In this document: one piece after another, positions 54,070 through 63,953 of the stretch | Layout: every line of letters starts with the position of its first letter | Position numbering within the stretch: the stretch's first letter is position 1 | DNA from: Octopus bimaculoides | Lineage: Eukaryota | Assembly (NCBI RefSeq): GCF_001194135.2 | Contig: NC_068982.1 | Span: 71,504,491 to 71,568,490, forward strand | Direction: 5' to 3' | DNA: 64,000 bases | The notes under the pieces: generated by a model | The model's database searches: none | What the model saw: only the letters and a program-made list of their open reading frames with translations | What the model was told of the DNA's origin: nothing | Program-made: the position numbers and the translations under genes

Positions 54070-55611
54070 ATGTATATATATATATTCATCTACCATTGAT
54101 TGTTGAAAGAAAGAGTACTTGATACCATATTTTACCTCCTGAGTTTCGCCTGTGGAAACGTAAGGTCTTCGGGCAAGTTATGATTGACCATTAACTCTCA
54201 TAACTTGTCTGAAGGCCCTGTGCTCTCACAAGCAAAACTCAGTGGCTAGGGACTAACTTGACCAAAAGGAAAAACAAAATGTGTGTTTGTGTGTGTGCGC
54301 GCGTGCATGCTTAATTCTGATACACTCTCTCCTTATCNNNNNNNNNNNNNNNNNNNNNNNNNNNNNNNNNNNNNNNNNNNNNNNNNNNNNNNNNNNNNNN
54401 NNNNNNNNNNNNNNNNNNNNNNNNNNNNNNNNNNNNNNNNNNNNNNNNNNNNNNNNNNNNNNNNNNNNNNNNNNNNNNNNNNNNNNNNNNNNNNNNNNNN
54501 NNNNNNNNNNNNNNNNNNNNNNNNNNNNNNNNNNNNNNNNNNNNNNNNNNNNNNNNNNNNNNNNNNNNNNNNNNNNNNNNNNNNNNNNNNNNNNNNNNNN
54601 NNNNNNNNNNNNNNNNNNNNNNNNNNNNNNNNNNNNNNNNNNNNNNNNNNNNNNNNNNNNNNNNNNNNNNNNNNNNNNNNNNNNNNNNNNNNNNNNNNNN
54701 NNNNNNNNNNNNNNNNNNNNNNNNNNNNNNNNNNNNNNNNNNNNNNNNNNNNNNNNNNNNNNNNNNNNNNNNNNNNNNNNNNNNNNNNNNNNNNNNNNNN
54801 NNNNNNNNNNNNNNNNNNNNNNNNNNNNNNNNNNNNNNNNNNNNNNNNNNNNNNNNNNNNNNNNNNNNNNNNNNNNNNNNNNNNNNNNNNNNNNNNNNNN
54901 NNNNNNNNNNNNNNNNNNNNNNNNNNNNNNNNNNNNNNNNNNNNNNCAGCTATCATAGTTGTCGATCACTCCCCCCCCCTCCCTTCCTATAGTAATTCTA
55001 TTTTCCACTGGCCTTGTACGCAAATGATAATATATAACAAGATGAAACATTTTTGTGCACTCTGTAACCCACAAAAGAAACGTACTGCCTGTCCGCTTGA
55101 TTTGCTCCTTCACAAGCATCACAGAAACAACTGAAAGCTTTGATGTTGGAACCAATTTAATGTTCAAAATTTGTATATAGCATCCACATGTACATACTGC
55201 TTGTTTTACAGGCCAGGGTATGCTTGCGTATGCACACCTGCTTTTCGTGTGTGTGTGTGTGTGTTTGTTGTATGTGCCTATGTTTTTGCACGCATGTCTA
55301 TTTGGTTTTCCTTCTTTATTTTATTTATCTATTTTTTAATTAATAGACCAACATTACTGGAGAATAAATAAATAAATAAATAATTTTGATCTATAGGCTA
55401 GACTCTCTTAATATGTTTACTCTGTTGTTTATTTGCTTCAAATAATTCTCATAATGTAAATATGTTCAGTGAAGAACATATTTGTAGGTGTAGGGAATGA
55501 GGAAACAAATAACTGGTGTTTAGTTAGCAACGTGTTGTTGAATTGGTTGAGTAGGCAGTCATTGAAGTGTAAGGACTACTAACCAAGATATATATATATA
55601 TATGTGAGTGG

Positions 55612-55765
55612 ATGGATGGCTGTGTGGTTCCCAACCATGTTGGGTTCAATCCCGCTGCATGGCACCTTGGACAAGTGTGGCTTCTATAAAACCCTGGGTT
55701 GCCTACAATGCTTTTTTGAGTAGATTTGGCGGATCTTTCTGATTTGGCAGATGAAAACTGAAAGA

Positions 55766-55798
<33 letters not shown>

Positions 55799-56080
55799 NN
55801 NNNNNNNNNNNNNNNNNNNNNNNNNNNNNNNNNNNNNNNNNNNNNNNNNNNNNNNNNNNNNNNNNNNNNNNNNNNNNNNNNNNNNNNNNNNNNNNNNNNN
55901 NNNNNNNNNNNNNNNNNNNNNNNNNNNNNNNNNNNNNNNNNNNNNNNNNNNNNNNNNNNNNNNNNNNNGACCGATAAAATAAGTACTAGGCTTACAAAGA
56001 ATAAGTCCTGGGGTCGAGTTGCTCGACTAAAGGCGGTGCCCCAGCATGGCCACAGTCAAATGACTGAAACAAGTAAAAGA

Positions 56081-56082
<2 letters not shown>
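55612..56082 (+). mobile_element. SINE with internal (AT)n microsatellite (gap-interrupted)
   Basis: Head GGCTGTGTGG...GGGTTCAATCCCGCTGCATGGCACCTTGGACAAGTG, internal AT run at the N gap, 3' GACCGATAAAATAAGTACTAGGC...CAGCATGGCCACAGTCAAATGACTGAAAC. Antisense copies at about 9200-9660, 28180-28556 and 44750-44970. Confidence 0.8.
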
Positions 56083-56125
<43 letters not shown>

Positions 56126-57010
56126 GTTTGTGGGTGTGTGGGTATGTAATGTGTGTGTGTGGGGGGGTTGTGTAGCAAGTATACTGATGTCTAGAAAAGA
56201 CATCAGTATACAAGCTAGGTTGTTCTTGCCAGTCTTCTGTGAAAAATATGTCTGGCTACGGGAGAATATTGCATTGCTTGGAAACAGGAAGGTCATCCAG
56301 CCACAGATAGTCTTCCTTGTCAAATTCCGTCTGACTCCTGCAAGCATAGAAAAGTGGACATAAAATGTTTGATGATGGTGATAATGATTGTAAAGAAATT
56401 TCTCTCATAGTTATTATCTATGGCCTTACACTTGGTTTTATATATTACAATTATAATCAGTTTGTTGTCTTTAGGAAGTAGTCCTATGTTAAGGTTGTGC
56501 TTTTGTCAGAAGAGCTTGTTGGTTAGTGAGGCCATAAATGATTATGAAGGCTTTAGTTAAGTCTTGCTTATGTTTAGGGAGAGTGTGGTGTGGTGATGTT
56601 TTCCTGATATGAGCAGGGCTTGAGTTCTCTTTTCTCTCTCTCTGTTAAGAGAAAAGGTTGGCATGGCTTCCACTAAGGGATGCTGTCAAGATCTCTGTTT
56701 ATGTCTTGGCAATTTATGTTTCTCTTACAGTCTTAGCCATTTCAATTCTTATAATGTTAGTAAATACAATCTCTATGGCCCATTTTCCCATGCTTGCATA
56801 GGTTGGATAAATATGTTATTTGAGGCAGTGTTTTGTTGCCAGTTGCCCTTCTTGATTTTTCAAGTAAGAAAAACACAAGGTGCCCAAATACTTTGTTGTC
56901 CAGGGAAACTGATAGTACCACTGCCGCCGCAATCTGTATGAATTCACTGTTATTGTTTCATGAAATACTAATTATCTTTAGTGCTACCCTGACTTATTTT
57001 TCTTTGTTAC

Positions 57011-57077
57011 TATCAGTGTTTCTTTTTCTTTTGCAGCCAACTGGATACATAAATGAAGGCACAGCTATGTCAGAAGG
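57011..57077 (+). other. Axin: Splice acceptor (AG 57035-57036) and 41-nt 5'-UTR part of the Axin RGS exon
   Basis: Polypyrimidine tract TTTCTTTTTCTTTTGCAG| immediately upstream of the Axin ATG region. Vertebrate Axin genes also start translation in exon 2 after a non-coding exon 1. Confidence 0.8.
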
Positions 57078-58108
57078 ATGAACAAAAGGAGTTTACAAAC
57101 AGTGAGTGAGGCCCATGAGAAGTTTCATGAAAACTTACCACGTCCACCAGTTCCTGGCAAGGAGAATGAAAATTACAGGCAATCATCTTGTACCGGTTGC
57201 AAGACGTCAAGTCCTTGTTGTGTTGCACCATGTACCTCCGCCTCCTGCAAAGATAATGTCTGCATCTCAACGTCTGGTAGCCAGGCGAACAGAGCAGCTG
57301 CTGGTACAGCATCTGGACCACAGTCGTTGGCATTGTTCTCTGGAACACCACACCATGTACAGCAGCGACTGAATGAAGCTGCACATTGCAGCTCAGGTAT
57401 TTCTACAGCAGACTGCCCAGACACTAAAGAAATGGATGCACCGGAGGGTAGTGCAGTCAACACTCCCCCCTATGCAGAAACAGATGCTACGACGCCCCCT
57501 TATTTGAAGTGGGCAGAAAACTTTGATAATCTTTTAGATGACAGTGATGGGGTGAATCTTTTACAGACATTTTTAACGCAAGAAACCGGTGCTGCAACTA
57601 TGTTGGAGTTCTGGTTTGCGTGTCAAGGTTTAAAGAATCCTGCCCGTTCCGCAGGAGAAATCCCTCACCTCATCAAAGTAATACACAAGAAGTTTCTTCG
57701 AGGGGATTCTATACCATTCATTAGCTCGGAAACACGAAAAGAATTAACAGAACGGTTAAAAAAACCTTTGATGCTAGATCAGTCAGTTTTCGACGGTGCG
57801 CAAGAAGAGGTTTTGAATTATCTTCGGAACAATACATACCCTTTATTTTTGAAATCTGACCTGTACGTTCAGTATGTACAGCAAGGTGGAAAGAGTCCAA
57901 AGGGTAGTAGCAATTCGTCCAGTGGTTCTAACAGTGTGCGCCCTGTATCGGTGCCACTTCCTACTCTACCTGAAGATCAGGAACTTAATACTAGTACAGT
58001 TTTGCAATCCCATTCTGTGATTCCCGGACCATTAATGAAACCGCCCAGTAATAATTTTAGGTATTCTCGACTGGAGTCTACGTCATGGAGAACAGAGACA
58101 ATAACAGG
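57078..58108 (+). CDS. Axin: Axin, first coding exon (tankyrase-binding motifs + RGS domain); continues in exons outside the window
   Basis: Translation carries Axin hallmarks: RPPVPGKE (TBM1, Axin consensus RPPVPGEE, 57141-57164); APEGSA...[20 protein letters not shown] (human AXIN1 [28 protein letters not shown]); RGS core LEFWFACQG...FDGAQEEV...NTYPLFLKSDLY (about 57510-57875); then SPK and LPTLPEDQEL (human LPTLNEDEEW). Ends at a strong donor ACAGG|GTAAGT in phase 2, which as I recall is also the phase of the equivalent vertebrate AXIN1/2 intron. An in-frame TGA at 57054 lies upstream of the ATG. The ORF-track stop at 58112 is intronic. Confidence 0.96.
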
Positions 58109-59248
58109 GTAAGTCATTTATTTTTATTATTATTGTATGTATGCATATATTTTAAAGTGGCAAACTGGCAGAATCATTTCCATGCAGGACAAAATGCTTA
58201 GCAGCATCTGGCCTGTCTTTACATTCTGAGTTCAAATTCTGCTGAGGTTGTTGACTTTGTGTTTCATCCTTACATGACCGATAAAATGAGTACCAGTTGA
58301 TGTAATCAACCAGCCCCCCCCCTCCTACAGAATTTCAGACCTTGTGCCTGTAATAGAAAAGATTATGATTATTGTTGTTATTGTTGCTGTTTTGCCTTTG
58401 TTTCAATTTATGAGCTGCAGCCAAGTCCCAACAAGAGACATCAAGGGACAGTAAGTTTTTTGCATGTAAAGATGCAAACAGGTGAGGTGCCATGCAATTG
58501 AAAAACCTGATGTCAGTGTTTTTAACTCATTACCTACCAGTAATCTCATATGAGATCACTTAAAAATTACAAATTTCGTAATTATCTGTCAATATTTACA
58601 CATATCTAACCTTTTTGCTATATCTACTAGGTATATTTCTCTGATATTCAAATGAGGTTTGCAAATTTTTCACCCAATATCTCGCTTATTTCTATTTGAA
58701 ATGTTATTTTGATCATTCCAGCTTGTTTCTAAGGCTGTTTTATGCTAGAAATCAGTTTCATAAAAAAAATTCCAGTTAATAGAATTATGGTAGGTAATGG
58801 GTTAAAAATAAAAAATATATCTGTATGAAATTTATAAAACTGAATGAATAAAATTGCATATACACAGAGATTATTATTATAAAGATGGCAAACTGACAGG
58901 ATCGTTAAACACACCAGACAAAATGCTTAACAGCATTTTGTGTATCTTTACATTCTGAGTTCAAATTCTGCTATGGTCAACTTTGCCTTTCATCCTTTCA
59001 TGGTCAATAAAATAAGTACTAGTTGAGCACTGGGTCTGATGTAATTGACTTACTCTCTGCCCTTCTTGAAACTGCTGGCCTTGTGCTAAAATTTGAAACC
59101 TTTATTATTACTGTTGTTGCTTTTTTTTTTCTTTTTTTGTTCAGTTCTTCAGTTCTTTCATTTAACAAATCATCTGCTCCTTCGTGGGTTTAACTTCAAT
59201 TTTTCATTCAGCTTCTTTTATATATGAAATATGTTGTATTACTTTTAA

Positions 59249-59478
59249 CCCTTTAGCATTCAAATTACTTCGTCTAATGTAATGTTTTGTTTTTTTTTAT
59301 TCACATTGTTTTGAATTAATCCATTATTATCTTGTAGCTTTGAGACTGATAATGTTGATGATGTGACTATTTATTTTTAGAATGATATTGTAGTTTAGGT
59401 GAGTGGGGCCAGATCTAGCTGGTTTGAACAGAAAATAGAATATTTGGGCTGGATATGGCCTGTTTGAATACTAAAGGG
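59249..59478. mobile_element. piggyBac-like MITE, family A
   Basis: TTAA flanks at 59245-48 and 59479-82. TIRs CCCTTTAGCATTCAAA / reverse complement CCCTTTAGTATTCAAA; no coding capacity. Related copies at 59563-59775, ~15695-15920, ~29150-29340, ~32270-32445 and ~42582-42797. Confidence 0.8.
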
Positions 59479-59562
59479 TTAAATAAATGTATGTACATTA
59501 ATTACAGGCACACTAAGTAGTGAGGATTAAAATAAAGTTAAAGTGTGTACATTTATATTTAA

Positions 59563-59775
59563 CCCTTTAGTGTTCAGATTACCCTGTTAAATGTAATACT
59601 TTTTCACTCAAATTGTTTTGAATTAATCATGCATTATCTTATAGCTTTGAGGTTTCAATAATGTGATTGTTTATTTTTAGAATGTCAATGTAGGTTAGGT
59701 GTGAGAGGCTAGAGATGGCCAGTTTGAATATAAAACATATCTGGGCCAGATATGGCCGGTTTAAACACTAAAAGG
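59563..59775. mobile_element. piggyBac-like MITE, family A, second adjacent copy
   Basis: TTAA at 59559-62 and 59776-79; TIR CCCTTTAGTGTT / CCTTTTAGTGTT; internally collinear with 59249-59478. Confidence 0.78.
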
Positions 59776-60029
59776 TTAATACTGTGATGGGAGGTGGGGC
59801 ATGTAACCACACCACACCACTCTGGGCTATGAATAACAATATTGAACTGTAGGATAGGTGTCTCTTGCATCATCAGCTTCAAACACTGTATCTGTTGTCC
59901 ATAGGCCACAAAGAACTGCCTTTCTTATATGTAAGCAGGAAAATAAATCATTTGCTGATGTGTAGAAAGTTTTGTCAAGCTGGAATTAATTACAGGTACA
60001 CCAAGTTTTAACGTTCTGGCTCGCTTCTG

Positions 60030-60762
60030 CTGTTTACAGCAGTGCTTGGAAGCAATGTGTGTAGTGTGATTGTTGCACTGACCATGACAGAGAAGGTTGT
60101 CATGGTGATATCTGCTCAGAGGCCTACACAAAGTTGCAGAAAGTGTATGGAGTGGAGGGTATGAGCCGCACACAGGTGTAAGAGTAGTGCAGGCATTTCC
60201 AAGATAGCTGATAAAATGTCAATATTGACAAACGTTCTGGGAGACCCGCAACCAGCAGAACTGAGAAAAACATTGCAGACATGCATGCAACTGTGAGAGG
60301 AAATTAACAAATCACCATCCATGAGTTATCAGCAGATGTGCAGATTAGTTATGGTTCAGTTCAGTCCATTATCCCAGAAGATGTGGGTAGGAGATGCATG
60401 TCTGCCAAGTTTGTGCCAAAACTGCTTTCAGCTGACCAAAAAGACACTCAGGTTTCAGTTGCATGAGATCTTCTTGATTGTGTCGAGAACAATGAAAACT
60501 CTTTGAAAACTTTGCGTAAGCCTCTGAGCAGGTATCTCCAAGCTATTTGCAAAATTTGATACAGATTCTCTGCTCAACTTTCTCTGTCATGATCACACAC
60601 TACACGCCTTCCTTCTAAGCAGCGGAAATGAGATAAATTGTTAAAACTTAGTGTGCATTCAAACCAGAATTCAAGATCAATCTGTGCCAAGCAGCTTCAC
60701 TCTGTGTGCTTTAGCTTCATTACTATGGCTACAATCTGGATACTTATTGATCAGACCACATA
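60030..60762 (+). mobile_element. Mariner (DD34D-type) transposase pseudogene lacking the catalytic domain
   Basis: From ATG 60084, reading through stops: ...KLQKVYG..MSRTQV...KRSGRPATSRTEKNI...ITIHELSADVQISYGSVQSII...SAKFVPKLLSADQK (mariner WVPxxL linker). Right TIR-like GGATACTTATTGATCAGACCACA|TA at 60738-60762. Confidence 0.8.
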
Positions 60763-61338
60763 TAGGTGTAAACAGTTATGTTTAACACTGTCATATATAT
60801 ACTCCAACATTGAAAGACTTTTCCAGTAGGAATTGTCTTAGGAGGCATTTTTTCCTTATAGAAGAATGTTGGATGAAGTTGTGAGAAATAATCTTCAGAT
60901 GTTGAGCCTCACAGAAGGGATGACAGGGGACCGAGACTCCTAGTGACTTGCTGTGAGGAGACACATAAAGTGAAAGGCATGTCCCCTGCATCCCTCTTCA
61001 GCTGAGCATTCCTAATCTTGTGGGCTCGTGGGTGCTGATGCCATGTAAAAAGTACCCATGGTGGTGCTGTGTAAAAACATCCAGTACACTCTGTAAAGTG
61101 GTTGGCATTAGGAAGGGCATCCAACCATAGAAACCATGCCAAAACAGACATGAGCCCGGGGCAGCTCTTCAGCTTGCCAGCTCCTGTTGAACTGTTCAAC
61201 CCATGCCAGCATGGAAAGCAGATGTTTGATGATGTGTGTGGAAAGACACCGCACTGGACTACTTCAGTAAATGTTGTTTTTTTTTTTTTTGCTATTTAAA
61301 TACAGCAACGGAAGTTCTTCATAAGCTGCGAATAACAG

Positions 61339-61398
61339 ATTCGACGTCCGTAGCTGATGAAGTGTAATGACACAGAAACGCATGTTCTACAGTCCAAT
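61339..61398 (+). ncRNA. Type I hammerhead ribozyme-like motif (possibly degenerate)
   Basis: Stem I GTAG(61350-53)/CTAC(61387-90), extended by GAC/GTC and ATT/AAT across an internal loop. Core CTGATGA 61354-60; stem II GTGT-AATG-ACAC; GAAAC 61375-79; 2-bp stem III AC/GT with GCAT loop; cleavage triplet GUU (site 3' of 61386). Confidence 0.62.
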
Positions 61399-61723
61399 AA
61401 ACTCATTCATAGCCAAGTACAGTATGCATTGTCTCTATAAGAAGATTGCCCTTCCCTAGACAGTTTCCATAGGGATTCTTTGGGGGTATACATACAGACA
61501 TGTTAAATATCTGTACACAGTTTTAATATATGTATATCTATATTTTTTTTTCTTGTTCTATATTCCTATGAATTTTGGGCATAAATTTCTCATTGCACTG
61601 AAATATGATGCATTTGCCTTTCAGCGGGGTTAGCAAATTAGCTGAATGATTAAATACAAGCCTGTTAACTAAAAGATTAACAGATTATATTCCTGTTATG
61701 AACACTTCATTATATTCCTTGCT

Positions 61724-62046
61724 GTGAAGGTGCATGGCTAGGTGTTAAGGGTATTTGGCTCATGAAGGTCATGGGTTTTGATAACTGGCGGCATGTTGTG
61801 TCCTTTACAAAGACACTTTTTCTTGTTGCTCCAGTCCACCCAGCTGGCAAAAATGAGTTGTACCTGTATTTCAAAGGACAAGCCTTGCCACATTGTGTCA
61901 TGCTGAATCTCCCTGAGAACTAAGAGTACTCTTGTCTGTGGAGTGCTCAGCCACTTGCACTAATTTCACAAGCGGGCTGTTCCATTGGTTAGATCACCTG
62001 GAACCTTCATCATCATAACTAACAAAGTGCCAGATTTTTTCTTTGT
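61724..62046 (+). mobile_element. Older tRNA/CORE-like SINE sharing its 3' half with the 51530 SINE
   Basis: Head GTGAAGGTGCATGGCT, CORE-like block, and 3' block TGTCTGTGGAGTGCTCAGCCACTTGCAC as at ~51810. TSD TATTCCTTGC at 61713-61722 and 62047-62056. Confidence 0.8.
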
Positions 62047-62479
62047 TATTCCTTGCAAAGACTCATCTCAATAACTCAATTTTTTCTTCAAAGTGAAGTG
62101 GTATCCTTATAACTCCAGGTTATTCACTCAACCTCATTTGACCAAATTGCAAAATAGTTAGTTTATTCTATCAGCTGATCAGCCAAAATTTCACTCACCA
62201 ATACATTTACAATTCACCAGCTCACTCTAGCTCTTCCTCTGCTGCTACAAGGCCCTCTGTTTGTCCAAACATACCGCCAGTTCCTAAAGCACCTACTTTA
62301 CCCTCTTGTTCATAATCATACCACTCTGCTCCCTTACTGAACTATATCACTTGACCATTCGACCAACCAAACTATCAGATGTTGTGACACATCACTGGTC
62401 ACAATGTGCTTTGTATCATTTTAGCTATTGGATGATGCCACCCTGCTGGCTAGACAAGCAGGCCAACACCCCTTTGATC

Positions 62480-62590
62480 GAAAGAGGACTGGAGCAATGT
62501 GAAAATGAAGTGTTTTGCTGAAGAACACATGCTGTTTGGTCTGGGAATCGAACCCACGATCTGGCAATTGTGAGTGCAACAGCCTAACCA
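62480..62590 (-). mobile_element. 5' portion (tRNA head + CORE-like block) of an antisense SINE
   Basis: Reverse complement: GTGAAGGCATGTAGCCTAGTGGTTAGG...GGTTCGATTCCCAGACC...GTTCTTCAGCAAAACACTTC. Confidence 0.7.
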
Positions 62591-62790
62591 CTAGGCTACA
62601 TGCCTTCACACTGAACTATATAGCATTTCAAATCCTTTCTCCCCTGAACTGAAATCTAGAGGAAATACTTCCATACTTGCATTTTCTTCTACTGAAGTTC
62701 AAGCACTATGTATGTCGGTGTTGTCATCATCAACCCTAGAAATTACTGTCACAAGCCATAAAACTCATAGGGTCAGTTACCCAGTTTCCA

Positions 62791-63027
62791 CAAAGGCACA
62801 TGGCTCAGTGGTTAAAGCATCAGGCTCACAATCACGAAATAGTGAGTTTGATTCCCAGACCAAGCTGTGTTGTGTTCTTGAGCAAGACACTTCATTTCAC
62901 GTTGTTCCAGTTCATTCAGCTGTAGAAATGAGTTACGTCACTGGTGCCAAACTGTATCAGCCTTTGCCTTTTCCTTTGATAACATCAATGGCATGGAGAG
63001 GGGAAGCTGGTATGCATGGGCAACTGA
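62791..63027 (+). mobile_element. tRNA/CORE-like SINE (same subfamily as 12495), 3'-truncated at a transposon junction
   Basis: TGGCTCAGTGGTT, GAGTTTGATTCCC, GTTCTTGAGCAAGACACTTCATTTCACG. Similarity to 12495 stops at GGGCAACTG (~63026). Confidence 0.8.
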
Positions 63028-63715
63028 GGCTGTATGGAAAGATGAATGTAGGCATAATGTTGCTATCACGAGTGATCGCTCCAAATGCCATGATGTTGAC
63101 TGGATGTTTGATTTTTATCACTTTCGGCACATGTTTTGGGGACATGGCAAGCCAACGGTTGTTCTGTGTGTTCACCATTTGATCCTGCCAGAAATTTTTC
63201 TTGTCTGAGAAAAACCAAAGCATGTTTGGTTGGAGGGGATGCTCAAGTTTGTTCAAAAATTTCATAGCGCAGTCTTTCCTCTTGTCTTTGATGACTTTGG
63301 ATAAAAATAGGCCCCTTCCCATTTTGTATGGAGGGATCATTGTCAATCATGACCTGGATCTCACCAGCAAATTTAGGGGTTCTTTTATCAGAACGATCAG
63401 AGTGAGTTTTCTGAGCTGCCGTGCTTTTGTAATCACCATTAAACTCATCCAACTCTTTCCAAATCTTCTGCACTGACCTCACACTGACACCCAAACACTC
63501 TGAAATGTTCATATTGGAGCTTCCAGTGCAAAAGCCAAACAGTACAGCAAGTTTCCAAATTTCTGGCAGAGTGAATTGCATCATGGTACTGTTTTTCTTG
63601 CAGACGGTGCCCGACTGATCCCACTATACTGTGCAGTCAACAAAATCAAAAACAAACAATGTGCATGCACAGAATTAAAAATATAAAATGGTGACAATTT
63701 ACCCATTGCACCCTG
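63024..63715 (-). mobile_element. Tc1/mariner superfamily (maT/DD37D-like) transposon relic, 3'-truncated and internally deleted
   Basis: Left end TA|CAGGGTGCAATGGGTAAATTGTCACC (+ strand 63690-63717). HTH-like MMQFTLPEIWKLAV...ISECLGVSVRSVQKI; catalytic region LWFFSDKKNFWQDQMVNTQNNRWLA...KHPVNIMAFGAIT...IMPTFIFP. A frameshift/deletion separates the two ORF pieces. Confidence 0.85.
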
Positions 63716-63953
63716 TATATACTTTTTATTAAAACTGCAAATTATCACAGTTGTGATGAATACTAAATTAAAATCATTATTGTAATTCAGTATTTATCAC
63801 AACTGTCCAATGAAAAGGAACGTGAAACTGAGTAACAGTTCTGTGATAAATTTGCAGATTTAATCAAATGTATATTACTCTACCTTTGGTATTTGAGTAC
63901 TATTTTGTCCACCTTGTTTTGCACTTATGTGCTCACCTGTGTGTGTTTGTGTG

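Larger units (their letters stand above)
727..55968. other. Assembly gaps: 727-946, 4113-4122, 5384-5427, 10656-11468, 21900-21909, 33504-33513, 41564-42503, 44971-45307, 54338-54946, 55799-55968
   Basis: Runs of N, most flanked by micro- or minisatellites. Confidence 0.99.

Noticed and set aside
56400-56600. Possible antisense GIY-YIG remnant (VIYKTKC)
   Set aside because: A single short motif amid stops; not enough to call.
56833-57081. 82-aa ORF as a gene
   Set aside because: Mostly intronic polypyrimidine sequence; only the part after the 57036 acceptor is relevant and is treated as the uORF.
57070-57463. Antisense and alternative-frame ORFs over the Axin exon
   Set aside because: Shadows of a higher-GC coding exon with no recognisable motifs.
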